Shown here piece by piece: positions 13,501 to 24,438 of a DNA stretch of 64,000 bases. The notes below the pieces were generated by a model. That model did no database searches. It was not told the DNA's origin and saw only the letters and a list, made by a program, of their open reading frames with translations. Position numbers and translations under genes: made by a program. This DNA comes from Trichosphaerium sp. ATCC 40318. Lineage: Eukaryota; Protista; Tubulinea. Position 1 is the stretch's first letter. Each line of letters opens with the position of its first letter. Location: assembly GCA_038496445.1 (NCBI GenBank), contig JALMLS010000204.1:62001-126000 (forward strand). The letters run 5' to 3'.

Positions 13501-14476
13501 TGTGTGTTCCGAAAGAGTACCTGGAGAGTAAAGGATCAACGACAATAGCCGGACATTCGTCATCACCTTTAGACAACACTAAAGCGCCTTATGTATGTTA
13601 ATACAGCCTTATGTTTACGTGAGGAACCTACCTTCAGCTTCTGGGTCGTGTCGAGGCCGCCTAACGATCTGTCTAGTTGATTACGTTAATTGTTGCTTAT
13701 GGTTTGTTGTATGTACTTCTTGACTGGTATTGATGATTTGTCTGCAAGAGGGCTCTTAAAACTAGAAAATTGTATTCTCTTTTTTTTCACTTTGCTTGTT
13801 GCTGCAGCCGGTGCTGCAACCGCCATGAATATCTGGCCAGTCTCAAAGAGTTCCTTGTCAATCTGTGATTGCATCTACGCGGGTTATACAAACGTGTAAA
13901 AGTGATATCTACCTCTATGAGTTTGCTTGAAAAGGTAAGTGTGGATTCCACAACGAGTTCTGAGAGTGTCTTTGCAGAGTAGCTGTCACACGTAAATGTC
14001 ACAAAAAAAATAGCACTTTCAGTACCTGACTGTCTTACCGATCATCTTTCCTTCCATATCCAGCAGCTCACAACGCGCTTTATAATTCTTGAGCCAGAAT
14101 CGATCAATAATAGCTGAATCCGCGTTTTGACGCGTTTACGTACCTCCGCGCACTACAAGTATGCCTATGATAAAGGTTACAGACAACGAAGTAATTATTA
14201 TTCTTTACCATCTTCCCATGACTTCTTTTTCTTCTTGAGGTGTTTTGTATACATCACAGACCAGTAAACAGCCTCAGTGGCGGCAGTTGGATCTGTACCA
14301 CCATTATTGGCTGTTAACTTGGGTGTATGCATTACTTTCGCCTTTTTCTTTGGTTGAGCGGCTCTTGGCGTTACAAATTTCCTTTTCTTGGTAACGGGCG
14401 TAGTCTTATCTGAAGTATCGCCTATTTTCCTCGGTACAACGAATTTACGCCGTGAGGGAGCCCTGGACTTTCTCAT
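10578..14476 (-). CDS. RAD54B: RAD54B/Rdh54-type SNF2 DNA translocase, multi-exon
   Basis: [71 protein letters not shown]; N-terminal [20 protein letters not shown] resembles RAD54B. Confidence 0.9.
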
Positions 14477-14602
14477 TTAGCGCTTGAAGCAGAATGAAGC
14501 GTGAGTGAAAATCAATTAAGTCAGTTACTTCAAGTCATAATAAATTCATGTTTACAAGTTTTAATTATCACGTGCTATGCTTTCGAATCATTTTTTTTGT
14601 TT

Positions 14603-15818
14603 TCAAAGGTGCGATTGTTCACTTACATCGAGCTTTACCTCACTCGTAGTACTTTCACATAGTGTACTGTCAAAGCCTTCTGTTTCAGTATTTTCGATTT
14701 CTATTTGAACACCATCACTATCTTCCTCTGGATTTTCTGCCATTTCACTTTCTACTTGTTGTTCATTTCTCTTTTTAATTAGTTAGCAACCCATTTGTGG
14801 TTGTGATTGGTTTGCTTGCCTTAAAGTCTTCTTTTGTGTCTCTATACACAAACCATACTATACCAACAAACATAACAGCAACGACAACAACCGCGATAAC
14901 AACGCTAATTACTACAATGGCTGTAGATTGTTCGTGTATTGGTGCTTTGGTAGGCGCAAAAGGGGATCTGGTAGTTTCCGTATATGGAGATGCTGGTGTC
15001 TGACGTTTGGTGTACGCCAAGATGTCTTGCTTTTCTAATTGAAAATATGAAAAAAATATTCACTGCCAACTAAGTCGATGTACCCTCCTCAGTATTAATA
15101 GGTCCATAAAATTCGCTACCCCATTCTTTTATCCATCTAATAACGTATTAGTTACTTTTATTATTTTCGGGGCGTACTTTTCGGATGCAAGTTTTTCGTT
15201 TTTATTCGGATGCTTTAACCACTCTCTACTGTCTTGTCTCGAGGACGTCAAGTATAACATACCCTTAAATAAAAACCTATAAAACGTTATAATTAATTAT
15301 CAACGCATTTAATTCGCATACCAGCCTTCACGTGGATCAACAACAAAGGTTTCCAGATGCCTAGAATCCGTTCATGATAAAATTATAAAACGAACTTACC
15401 CAATCAGGTCTTCATGAGACTGTGAGATGTGCCAAGCGGAGAAACCACCATACCTAAAGTTATTTAATGAATTACAATGAGCTTAATTTGTGTAGGTACC
15501 GTGGCATGTACGCAGAAGGGTTTGCTAAGAACAAATCCCTGTTTTCCTTTGTTTTGAACCAAAACTCGGTAGCTCTATTGAAGGATAAACTATTTACGTT
15601 ACAAACGTAGTTTACCTGTTAATACACGTGATGTTTGGCGAACCGACGCGTCCTATCCCGTTTGGCTCTAGATTGAAGTATTCTACTACATCAAAGCTAA
15701 AGCAGCGTCATTAGATACTCTATGTTTGATTTTGGTTTAAATACCCTCGGAGCGCTGGTTTACTACTATACACGATACAAAAACATGTTACAAACGCAAA
15801 AAATAATGACCAAACCAT
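14603..15818 (-). CDS. Secreted/TM-anchored YHS-domain-like protein, multi-exon
   Basis: Signal peptide MVWSLFFAFVTCFCIV; FDVVEYF, FWFKTKENRDLFLANPSAYMPR-YGGFSAW, VDPREGW, GMLYL; C-terminal TM and acidic tail. Confidence 0.65.
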
Positions 15819-16186
15819 TGCCACGCCAACACAACAAGTTATTTTTTTCGAAACTCGAACACAAATAAAATAAATAAACTATTTTCTGACAAAACACGTG
15901 GTGACATAAATCGATTTGCGTTTAATGGAACAACAAAAAAACGAACTGGATATTTTTCGTATTCTTCTAGACTCAGGTGAGCGCGTCATGACGTGGTATT
16001 TGGCGCAAACTTTTTTTTGAATAACTTGAGAAAAACGGTAATACTCTGAAGTCTGTCAGTTTCCATACACGCTAAAAGGTGGTAAAAAACCGTTGTTTTA
16101 AAGACAATAAAGTCATAATGCGTTTATTTTTTATTACAGTTCGCTGGTTTGTGTGGAAAACTTTTCGTTTTTCAATACCTTTTTTT

Positions 16187-18636
16187 TTATCCTTGCATAC
16201 CAATAACGTGCTTGATAAGCATAAATTGTACCGGGTTATTCTCGCTGTACGCTGTTAAATCACCTAGAATAAGAAGTGAGAAGATATGCTGAGATGTTAT
16301 CGTTGTGACGCACTTGAACAAACAGCGTCATCTTTGTTAACATCCATGTTGGTAAACAATACAGAAGCCTGTGCTTCGCTCAAACCTTCGAAAAGGTGTT
16401 TGAAATATACTTTATAACCTGCCTCTGAGTTGGCTTTGTTATTCTCGAATGCACTCAAAATTTGTTTGATAAACTCCTCACGTTCGTTTGTTATTTCTTT
16501 TGTGCATGTTGTAGATACATCAATGTATTTCTCGAAATCTATTTGCATCGTCAATCAAGTGTACGAAAGTATGTCCAAAAAAACAGGGAATATTTTTAAC
16601 GTACTTATGCCTTCTAGGCCTTTGCCTTGGTTTCTGAAAAAAGATTCGACTTCCTTTGTTTTTGGTACACCCAATAATTCCGCAAACTCTGTAACATTAA
16701 GCTCGGCATCGTAATCCTTGTCGGCCGTTGCAAATTGCCTTGAAAGTAAAGTTAATAAGAGTGCAATGTTCTTTAATTTTAGTACGCACTTCAATAGCTT
16801 CTTGACCTTGCGTACACGAATACCGTAATCCTTTGTTATTTGTTCCATGTAAAATCCAGGTACAGACTCTTCAATACCGTATTTGAGCAAGTCTCCATAC
16901 AAAAGTGCATCCTCTATTCAAAAAATTAGAAACAGCCACGCTTTTTCAAAATGACTGAACTGTATGCTGATTTGCCATTGCAAAGTTAGCTACACTCATG
17001 TAATAAACATTTCGGCAACTAACATTTGATTGCTAGGTTACTGTAATATAAAAAAAAAACAAAACCGAGCGTTTTATTTGCTTACCCATTGAATAATTTG
17101 TGAGCTCTCTTCCAAGCTCCTTTGCCATAAGGTTGCGAACATTAGATGCATAAAGTTTAGCATCCTTTTTCTCTTCTTCGTTTGGTATGTACGGATCAAG
17201 AATATTGACTTGCATGTAGTTTATATATTCGCCCATCATTGTACCAGCAATCTGAGGAAAGGTGCGGTCACATGTCCATGAAATATCCCCATACTTGAAT
17301 GGGTAATTCACGCACACAGGTTGGACAGGTAGACCTGATTAACGACGTCAAAAAAAATCAACATTGCTGTGAGAATACATACCAGGTATGAACGCGCCAA
17401 GTTTAAATTTCAGCAATGTACTACCATTTGTAGTTGTTCCTTCTACAATCAACAAGTTAGTTGAGTAACTTTAAGGGATATCGACAAACCTGGGAACATA
17501 AAAAATCCTGGTACTTTAGGGTTGCTCATGGCGAGCTCTGCTCTTGCTTTGATTCTTTGTAGCGCTTTCTAAACACAAAAATGATTAACACAAAGAAAAT
17601 GTCTCTTAATTTCTACCTTCTTCGAGTCCTTGCTTGTACGTTCCAATAGAACTGCCTGAGATACTTTGAGCATAGTGCCAATTACAGGGTACTGTAAATT
17701 TTCCTTTGCTGATACACTAGCTGCAGGATAAAATAACCTAAGAACCCATAAATAAATATGACAATGTTTTGGTCTTTTTTATTGATACTAGCTAAATAAG
17801 AAACGTACCAAAACATGAGGAGTGCGTCTACAAGGGATGTATGATTGGCAACAATTATAGGAGCCTAAGCAAAAAGTGAGTTCAAGCACTAATTTTTAAC
17901 AGGAGTGTTACTTCAATTTTTCCAAAAACAAAAAACTTACAGCTTTGCTTGGCGATCTTTTGCCTTTTACATCAATCCAGAAGAAGCCCCACATGAATAG
18001 TACAAGACGTGCATGAAAAGTAACGATTTTTGTTAAAACTTTACGCCACGTGGCTAATGGTGCATCTTTGGAAGGATCTATACCAATACTGGCAATCTAT
18101 AGTATTGGTTTAGAACAGTATGAAGATTAACAGAAGAAAACGCTTCCGCAAATGGCGAAATGTCGGATATTTTGATAGACCGCCCTTTGCAAGTCAAAAG
18201 TCTTGGATTTGTAGTTTTAACGCGTACCCATGCGTATACAGAAGCGGATGTAAATATCATCACGCATAGTACGAAACGAACGGGAACAAGTAGTCCATAG
18301 CCAATTATAGTCTGGGGGTGTCAGTACGTACGTTTTTGAACAGATTTGTACCTTTATGAGAGAAAAGAGGAAAAATTGCTTCTGAGGGGGTTTGTACACG
18401 AAAGGACTGTCCTAGGATGCGTTAGACATTGTTATTGCGCTGTAAAATCCTACTTCTTTTTTATAGCCTCTTGTTCCCTTGAACTTGGGCGTGCGCGTCT
18501 TGCGCTTGTTGCTCTTGGCTCCGCCACTCATTAAAGTGAACCACACAACACCACACGACATAAATGCAACTAAGAGAGGCACTGCAACGCCAGGTAGATT
18601 GAAATCAGGAATAAACGCTGCGTTCAACTCGTTCAT
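16187..18636 (-). CDS. LPCAT: Lysophosphatidylcholine acyltransferase (LPCAT1/2-like) with EF-hands, multi-exon
   Basis: IIVANHTSLVDA, FPEGTTTNG, FKLGAFIPGLPVQPV acyltransferase motifs; C-terminal EF-hand-like DKDYDAELNVTEF. Confidence 0.85.
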
Positions 18637-18916
18637 GCCGCCGTAGTTATCTTAAGTCTTTTTGGCAGTCTGTTGACTAATCAAGCGTTGCGTATGTAGC
18701 ACTATCACTTGAGTGATGAATTAAGTGAAAGGTAGGTAAACAAGTGAGTTTTGAGCCACTTCACTGATGAAAAAACAATTAACAACTTTAACGGAAATCG
18801 CCACTATGTTGATCCTTTTGTATCAACTTGCCAGAGTATGCATACATACATAGTGTAGTTGCCATGTTAAGGTCTTATTGAACACTCTTAAGTACGCCAT
18901 TGTAGCGTAATAAAAC

Positions 18917-19620
18917 ATGATACACAGTATACTGGTGGTAAATTCAGAAGGTGGTATACTATTTTCGAAGTACTACGATGATACTATGGACGAGGAAGAT
19001 ATTTTTGAGTCACAACAAACGCTATACAAGCTCACAAGCGCTGAATGGCCATCAGCGAAGAATGGTGTTCAAGTAGCCGCTTACGAGTGAGAACGCGAAA
19101 ACGCAAGTTTAAACGGCTAATTTCCCTTCGTAGCAAATACTACATTGTATATACTGCAGTAGACGAGTTATACGTGTTTATTCAGGGCAGCGACGTAGAT
19201 GACGAGCTAGGATGTACGAACACGCTTTCAATACACTGTTAGCGTATACTGCGCTACTTTCGGTTTTATTCATCAATTCTGACGCACAGTAGTAGCTGGC
19301 TTACTAGAGGATGTGGTAGGCATACTAAAGGCAATGGCAAAGAGAGGACCAGTACGAATACTTATATTTCTGTAGTTTCGTTGCATAATCAGTTCTCTAG
19401 GTAACTGAGGTGGCTGTTATGGATGAATACACAAAACTATGCTTATGTTTAGATCAAATGGTGTCAAATGGCATTGCAAACCAAAGTAACAGGTACATAC
19501 AGTACAGTGTTTTGTCGCATGGTATTTACACGTGCAAGGGATTACATTGAGTCATTGGTTGAGATGCGTCCAAGAACGCAAAAGGAAGGAGGTTCATTGT
19601 TACCACATCTTAAAATATGA
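18917..19620 (+). CDS. TSPOON: TSET/TPLATE complex sigma-like subunit (TSPOON/LOLITA), multi-exon
   Basis: MIHSILVVNSEGGILFSKYY...YIVYTAVDELYVFIQGSDVDDELG...VTEVAVMDEYTKLCLCLDQMVSNG; the VYT..GxDxxDEL and LCLD motifs match LOLITA/TSPOON-type longin subunits. Confidence 0.75.
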
Positions 19621-19884
19621 GGCAAATCTATGAGCACGTGCCAGTGTTTGTTCACAACCTCAGCAGACGAAAAATACTGACAATAGGTATTTAATGTTTG
19701 TAATTGTATTTTGTGTGGGTGTGGCGGTGTCTTACATGTGCAATAAATTGATAGTGTAATTTTAAAAAATGCTTGCAATTTTTTTTTGGTTTTTTTTGTG
19801 TTTATTGTTTTTGTTTGTAATCGTGTATTTGTTATAAAATCGTGCTGTAGCAGTAGGGATCAGAGCGTCTAAAACATAACAAGC

Positions 19885-19938
19885 GCGCCGGTGGTGTAGG
19901 GGTTATTAATGTCGTTTCCGTGGATGTGCGCCCGGTAC
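19885..19938 (+). pseudogene. T-arm-deleted tRNA-Gly-like relic (TCC at anticodon position)
   Basis: GCGCCGG TGGTGTAGGGGTTATTA ATGTCG TTTCCGT GGATG TGCGC CCGGTAC aligns with the neighbouring tRNA-Gly but lacks the T arm/B box. Confidence 0.7.
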
Positions 19939-20708
19939 CACACGACTCACTGCGACTGACTTAACGACCAGTAAAGCGCCCTTGTGTGATAACGTTTACT
20001 GGTCGTAAGCAACGTTTTGGCTGTCTGAACCACGGTACGTCATTTTTTGGGTGCGCAGTAATTATTTAACGGGTTTGAGGGTTGTTTACGCCACTTTAAG
20101 CGCCTGTTTGTTACAGTGCCGTTTATTATGTCGTACCTCCCTTGCTACGCCGTTTGTTTTAAATTACGCAGCAATTTTTAAACGCCGTTTTGCTAACTGC
20201 CTTGTAGAACACGCTATTCGTGCCTAATTCACACCACGCAGCATTACGCGTTACTCAATAGGTACTACAAAAATATTTTTTTTCACAAGTTTTTTTATTT
20301 TTGCAGCGCAAAACGGCCGGTTCAGAGTAATGCGCTCTAGCCACTTCCCTACGCAGTGCGCACCTGCTACCGGAATATAGCCCAAGCAAAAAACGAAATC
20401 TTCTCCCATTTTTCATCTTCTCCAAAGCGCTCAAATCACTGTAAAAACCACAACTACACGTATTCTGAATCGCGCCAATTATTTAAACCCATTTTTACAC
20501 CCATTTTTTAGGAAAACGCGTAACTGGCCAACAACTTGTGTACTCACGCCCTGTTAACACCGTACGGGTCAGTGGAGCAAAGATATGACATGGTACGCCA
20601 CCTTAGCTATGTGTGTTTCATCTGAAGCTAGCAGTAACGCTCCGCCTAAACGTATAGTTGAAAGTAGTGTACTGAGTCATATCCTTCTTGTAATCTAATA
20701 AATCATCT

Positions 20709-20779
20709 GCGCTGGTGGTGTAGGGGTATCATACTACCTTGCCATGGTAGTGACCCGGGTTCAAATCCCGGCCGGTGCA
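20709..20779 (+). tRNA. tRNA-Gly(GCC)
   Basis: 71-nt cloverleaf: acceptor GCGCTGG/CCGGTGC, anticodon arm CTACC-TTGCCAT-GGTAG, T arm CCGGG-TTCAAAT-CCCGG, followed by TTTTT at 20786. Confidence 0.9.
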
Positions 20780-20864
20780 AATATCTTTTTACAACCATTT
20801 AAGTTTACTTAACATTGTTTTTCTGGGCCAACATAAATGCGACATATTCCTGCGGAGGTCTGGT

Positions 20865-20960
20865 GCACCGGGCTCATATCCACGGAAACAACAATGCTTT
20901 GTAGGGGTATCATATGTCCTTGCCATGGATGTGACCCGGGTTCAAATCCCGGCCGGTGCA
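20865..20960 (+). pseudogene. Second tRNA-Gly(GCC) copy whose 5' end is replaced by an inverted T-armless relic
   Basis: 20900-20960 matches the first tRNA except in the anticodon stem (TGTCC/GGATG); 20864-20899 is the reverse complement of a relic similar to 19905-19938. Confidence 0.7.
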
Positions 20961-21109
20961 ACTCAACTTTTGGCCCTTCTAAGGCCATCCTTTTTGCCAT
21001 GAACATGCTCACCATGTAGTTTACATCTGTGGCAAGGCGCACAATGTTTAGTTTTACATTTTGGAAATGGTGGCATTGTGCTAGACACCCACCAAAAAGT
21101 GCCATTTTT

Positions 21110-21170
21110 CTAGGGTTAGGGTTATAAACATCAACCCTAACCCTAACCCTATGTTCTTGAACCCTAATCC
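21110..21170. repeat. Interstitial telomere-type repeats, G-strand then C-strand; mirrored at ~24160-24218
   Basis: TAGGGTTAGGGTTA-TAAACATC-AACCCTAACCCTAACCCTA. Confidence 0.75.
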
Positions 21171-21418
21171 ATATTGGGTTTTCTTTTTGAATGTTAATTA
21201 TTAATTTCCATACTAAGCACAACATTCATTATCATTGACTGGTTTAAAATCACACAATGCAACTATGCCTTTATTTTGATTAACATTCATTGGTATACTT
21301 TGTTTGAAGTTGTTAGGTTTGCCAAATTGTGTTTATTGCAAGGCTTGTTGCTATGTATTGAATAAGCTTCAAAACAACACTTACAAGTTGGTTATAAATA
21401 TGAATGTAAAAATCTAAG

Positions 21419-23909
21419 GCCATTTAATAGACAACATAGTTTGTTGTAGCATCAGAATTTGCTTTAAGAAATATTTTATAAAAAGATAATGACTATGATG
21501 TATTCAAACAATTTTTTGGTCTGCAATTGTAGTTTTATTGTGCAAGACTACAACTGGCGTTGGCATTTGAGCAAATGTCTACTAAATGCTTGTATAAATG
21601 CCTGTTTTTAAGGCCAAATGCCTGTTAGATGCTTGAATCCAGTACACAACTATTTCAGGCATAAACAAGGCATTTAACCCTCCAAATGCTGGACATAAAT
21701 CAAGCATTATTCAAATATAATGCAGGCATAAAATAGGCATTCATAAGGCATCAAACTTGTATTTATTTGTGCTACAACAATGTACAATTACAAAAAAAAG
21801 TTTCTAAGTATTGTTATAATTTTTATCGCCTTTGTATTACATGTAATTTATCTTTGCCATGTTCATAGGTGTACTTGGATGCTGTGGTTCTAATGAGCTA
21901 AGTTTCGTTAGAATTGATGAAATACTAAGAGCGCTACATGCTGTTTAATAGAGGATCACCATTTTCATTCAGTGTTTTTTTTGCTGTTGATGTATTGGAG
22001 ATTATACTTTTTTTATACCTGCCTTAAAAGTATACAAACATGAACAATCAAACATCTTTTCATTGAGTAAAAAGGGTTTTGGCATTGTCTACATATGCCA
22101 AGGGTAGCATGTTTTGAAATACTTGATTAATGTCATGCCAGTAAAATGCTGGCATTTTATAAGCAGTTGTTACTTGTGTTCCATTAACAATAGTAAAATA
22201 GAAATGGGAATTTTTAAGTAATCCACCCTGTTTTTCTATGGGAAAAGTAGACGGAAAAACTCTTCCTTCATTCCCATTGAATTTATATGAAATTCCATAA
22301 GTATTACCCATAGAATTCTTAGAGTATTACTTTTGGAATTGCGTATGTATTTTATATAGAATTCTCTATGTATTCTTTATAGCATTTCTTAATGTATTTT
22401 TTGTAGATTTCAATAAAAAATACTTTATAAATTAACAAAATATTATTCGATACTTTGGTTCAGATTTAACGCAAAGTCATTTTATTTATTGATCATTACA
22501 AATACAAACATCCTAAATAACACGTACAAGTTAAATACATCGTGTCTTCATAAACGAAAGAAGTAATTTGATTGCATTTGGTTTTGAGAGCCTGAACAAT
22601 AATTAATGTGTTTGTAAATGCTAAATTAAGAACATGTAGGGTTTTTTGATAAATTAAGTGGAAATAAGCTTTAAAAACAACGTACTTGGAATTAATGCTT
22701 TAAATACATTCTTTAATGGTGTAATAAGGCTGTTGCAATGCTTTAATCATCCTAAAACAGATAAGTAAGAGATATTTATGTTTAAGTGATTTTCCAAACC
22801 ACCTAAAATGCGTTCTCCATTACTTTTTGGATTAATGCACTTTAACCTGTACCATTGGTTTTTTCACCTTTAATAATAGCATGTGGATATTGTTTGTTAG
22901 AAAAACCTATGTACCTAAGGTGTTGATGGTTTTTTGCAAATATAAAACTAACCCTAACCCTAACTTAATTTGTACTTTCATAAACCTCAACCCTAGCCCT
23001 AACCCTAACCCTAACTAAATTAGTACATTAATTGGTGGATTTTGTACAATAATTCTGAAAATTCCGTATTTAAGGGAATATTATGGTAATTCTATCAAAA
23101 ATCCTGCCATAAAAAAAAATAAAAATAAGAATTCTTCACAAATTACCTTAAAAATCCCTAAAACAAAGGAATTTAGTGGGATTTATATCCAAAATCCCGT
23201 TTTCATTTTACCACTGAAATGCCTATTTTATGCTTCATAATGCCTGATTTTAACCAAATGCCAGCATTTGATAGGTAATGCCAACTTCAGTTTCAGCCCT
23301 GCATCAGTGTTTTTGAATAAAACAAAGATTTCAGGCTTTGTGTTCAAGCAATCAAGCCTAAAATACTATCAAACATCTTTAATTAAGGGAATGCTAAATA
23401 TGTTAATATTTTTGCAATGAATTGATAAAAGTGGCTACAAAAGCCTAAACAATACTCAAATCAAAAAAAACAATTGTGTTAATCTCAGCCCAACAAACTA
23501 TCCTGTTAATCAAATGAAGTATCAATAGGTTTGCTTCCAACACTCAAACCTACATTAAAAAGGCTGATTCAATTACAAAATGTCTAAGAGAATGTCCATC
23601 ACAGACAACATCTATCTTAAAATTGTGGCAACTGTGATAAAGCATTAGCTGCTGCTTCAATGGTATGCTCGACTACATTGTTTTCAATAGATGTTGTAGA
23701 TTCTTGATATGTATAGTTCAAAGTTTCTTTGTTGGGTTTTTTATTCAGAGTTAACAAGTTGCAAGTTACAAATGAGCAAGCTCAGAATTGTAAGCTTTGC
23801 TATTACACAATTATCTTGCATGTGCATAGCAACTTTAGCTTTTTTGACATAGTAATGTACATAAAATGTTTTAGCAGTATTACTTGAAAGTGTATTGAAA
23901 ATAACAGCT
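21419..23909. other. Unique central core between the inverted arms: AT-rich, CpG-depleted, no credible gene
   Basis: Very few CpG, abundant TG/CA (ATGCC/GGCAT motifs), degenerate internal inverted repeats, CCCTAA runs. Confidence 0.8.
22948..23015. repeat. Interstitial (CCCTAA)n runs in the core
   Basis: CTAACCCTAACCCTAAC and AACCCTAGCCCTAACCCTAACCCTAAC. Confidence 0.75.
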
Positions 23910-24367
23910 CTTAGATTTTTACATTCATATTTATAACCAACTTGTAAGTGTTGTTTTGAAGCTTATTCAATACATAGCAACAAGCCTTGCAATAAACACA
24001 ATTTGGCAAACCTAACAACTTCAAACAAAGTATACCAATGAATGTTAATCAAAATAAAGGCATAGTTGCATTGTGTGATTTTAAACCAGTCAATGATAAT
24101 GAATGTTGTGCTTAGTATGGAAATTAATAATTAACATTCAAAAAGAAAACCCAATATGGATTAGGGTTCAAGAACATAGGGTTAGGGTTAGGGTTGATGT
24201 TTATAACCCTAACCCTAGAAAAATGGCACTTTTTGGTGGGTGTCTAGCACAATGCCACCATTTCCAAAATGTAAAACTAAACATTGTGCGCCTTGCCACA
24301 GATGTAAACTACATGGTGAGCATGTTCATGGCAAAAAGGATGGCCTTAGAAGGGCCAAAAGTTGAGT

Positions 24368-24438
24368 TGCACCGGCCGGGATTTGAACCCGGGTCACATC
24401 CATGGCAAGGTAGTATGATACCCCTACACCACCAGCGC
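24368..24438 (-). tRNA. Chimeric tRNA-Gly(GCC), probably pseudo (mismatched anticodon stem)
   Basis: 5' half of the 20709 copy joined to the 3' half of the 20900 copy; stem CTACC/GGATG has T.T and A.A mismatches. Confidence 0.7.

Larger units (their letters stand above)
19665..21418 (+). repeat. Left arm of long inverted repeat (1754 bp)
   Basis: Reverse complement of 23910-25483; differences seen are a 181-bp indel between tRNA copies and one homopolymer base. Confidence 0.95.

Noticed and set aside
19492-19760. Alternative splicing that adds the copied RhoGAP TM anchor to TSPOON
   Set aside because: The AG acceptors at the junction give the wrong frame from the last TSPOON donor and reach a stop quickly
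20809-21225. 138-aa ORF and its mirror at 24103..24444
   Set aside because: Antisense readings of tRNA and telomere-type repeats (HRPGFEPGS, RVRVRV, NPNP); not credible proteins
22060-22311. 83-aa ORF in the palindrome core
   Set aside because: No recognisable motif; lies across degenerate inverted-repeat sequence
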